This document shows positions 21,641-22,252 of a stretch of 22,252 nt of DNA, piece after piece. The number at the start of each line of letters is the position of its first letter. The stretch's first letter is position 1. A program made the translations under genes and the position numbers. Under the pieces are notes generated by a model. It searched no databases. It was not told the origin of the DNA and saw only the letters and a list, made by a program, of their open reading frames with translations. This stretch comes from Octopus sinensis (Eukaryota): positions 1 through 22,252 of the forward strand of contig NW_021836989.1 of assembly GCF_006345805.1 (NCBI RefSeq). Reading direction: 5' to 3'.

Positions 21641-21684
21641 ACATATCGTTTCGGCTGATATACGCTCCAGCCAGCATCAGGTGT
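21641..21684 (-). ncRNA. Degenerate minimal type-I hammerhead-like motif in the PLE terminal repeat
   Basis: Minus strand ACAC-CTGATGCT-GGCTG-N10-CAGCC-GAAAC-GAT-ATGT: perfect 5-bp stem II and GAAA, but core A9 and stem III are mutated. Confidence 0.6.
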
Positions 21685-21908
21685 CTTGGGGAAATTTCGA
21701 ACCTGGGTTCTCATTCCTAAGGTATTTTTCGATGTTGTTGTTGTTGTTATTATTATTATTATTAATGTCTCGGAATCTTGGGGTTGGTAGCTCGCGCTCT
21801 TAATCACTATGCCATACGCCCGTGAGCAATTATGGAGTGAATTTTAGGGCTTATAAATCTAATATTTTCCTATCCTTCCTTAATACAGATTCCACTATGC
21901 TATTCATA

Positions 21909-22205
21909 TCTGCTTAGGAGGTTGTTGTGTCCTAGCATAAGTGCTCCTTCTTTTAGTTTTCGTATTTTCCAGCGGTCTTTTCTGGCTATTATTTTAACAT
22001 CATCCCACAGGGGAAGGTGGTCTCCATTTTTCCATATATGCTCAGCTATACCCGATTTATCAATATTTCCTCATGTTAAAGCTTTGCGATGTTACTCGAC
22101 TCTTATTTTGAGAGGGCGACATGTTTCGCTTTTGTATAACCTACCCCAGCTGCATGGGATGGAGTACACGCAGTTTTTGGACATATTCTCTGGATCTTTT
22201 CCTTT
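21909..22205 (-). pseudogene. Penelope-type GIY-YIG endonuclease remnant with in-frame stops
   Basis: Manual translation KGKDPENMSKNCVYSIPCSWGRLYKSETCRPLKIRVE*HRKALT*GNIDKSGIAEHIWKNGDHLPLWDDVKII..KIRKLKEGALMLGHNNLLSR matches the VY.I.C.CG..Y.GET.R.L..R..EH pattern. Confidence 0.85.
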
Positions 22206-22252
22206 TGAACGGCACATGTCAACACAATTTCTAGTTACTAAACACTTTTAAA

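Larger units (their letters stand above)
21584..22252 (-). mobile_element. 3' part of a Penelope-like element (GIY-YIG endonuclease plus terminal repeat), running off the window end
   Basis: GIY-YIG remnant followed by a tRNA-like segment, (TAA)n/(CAA)n and a hammerhead-like motif; left boundary approximate. Confidence 0.78.

Overview
AT-rich, microsatellite-saturated eukaryotic DNA with no host protein-coding gene that I can support; nearly all listed ORFs outside the retroelements are translated microsatellites. The SINE families look like the abundant octopus/cephalopod tRNA-derived SINEs (recognition from memory, not a search). Main content: (i) three same-strand, 5'-truncated, decayed R4/Dong-clade non-LTR retrotransposons, each starting in a (TAA)n tract (3691-8640); (ii) a Helentron-type non-autonomous element, a Tc1/mariner-type MITE and a long-TIR foldback element; (iii) a SINE cluster with a 184-bp tandem trimer and a ~16-bp flank present three times; (iv) an RTE LINE fragment; (v) a Penelope-like GIY-YIG fragment and a second putative Penelope-like terminal fragment, both with degenerate hammerhead motifs. 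The standout is a ~476-478-bp tandem repeat (15363-16587) whose unit junctions each form a complete extended type-I hammerhead ribozyme fold, preceded by an inverted partial copy. This is the architecture of a retrozyme (self-cleaving, possibly circular-RNA-producing retroelement). Ribozyme activity is predicted from sequence only.
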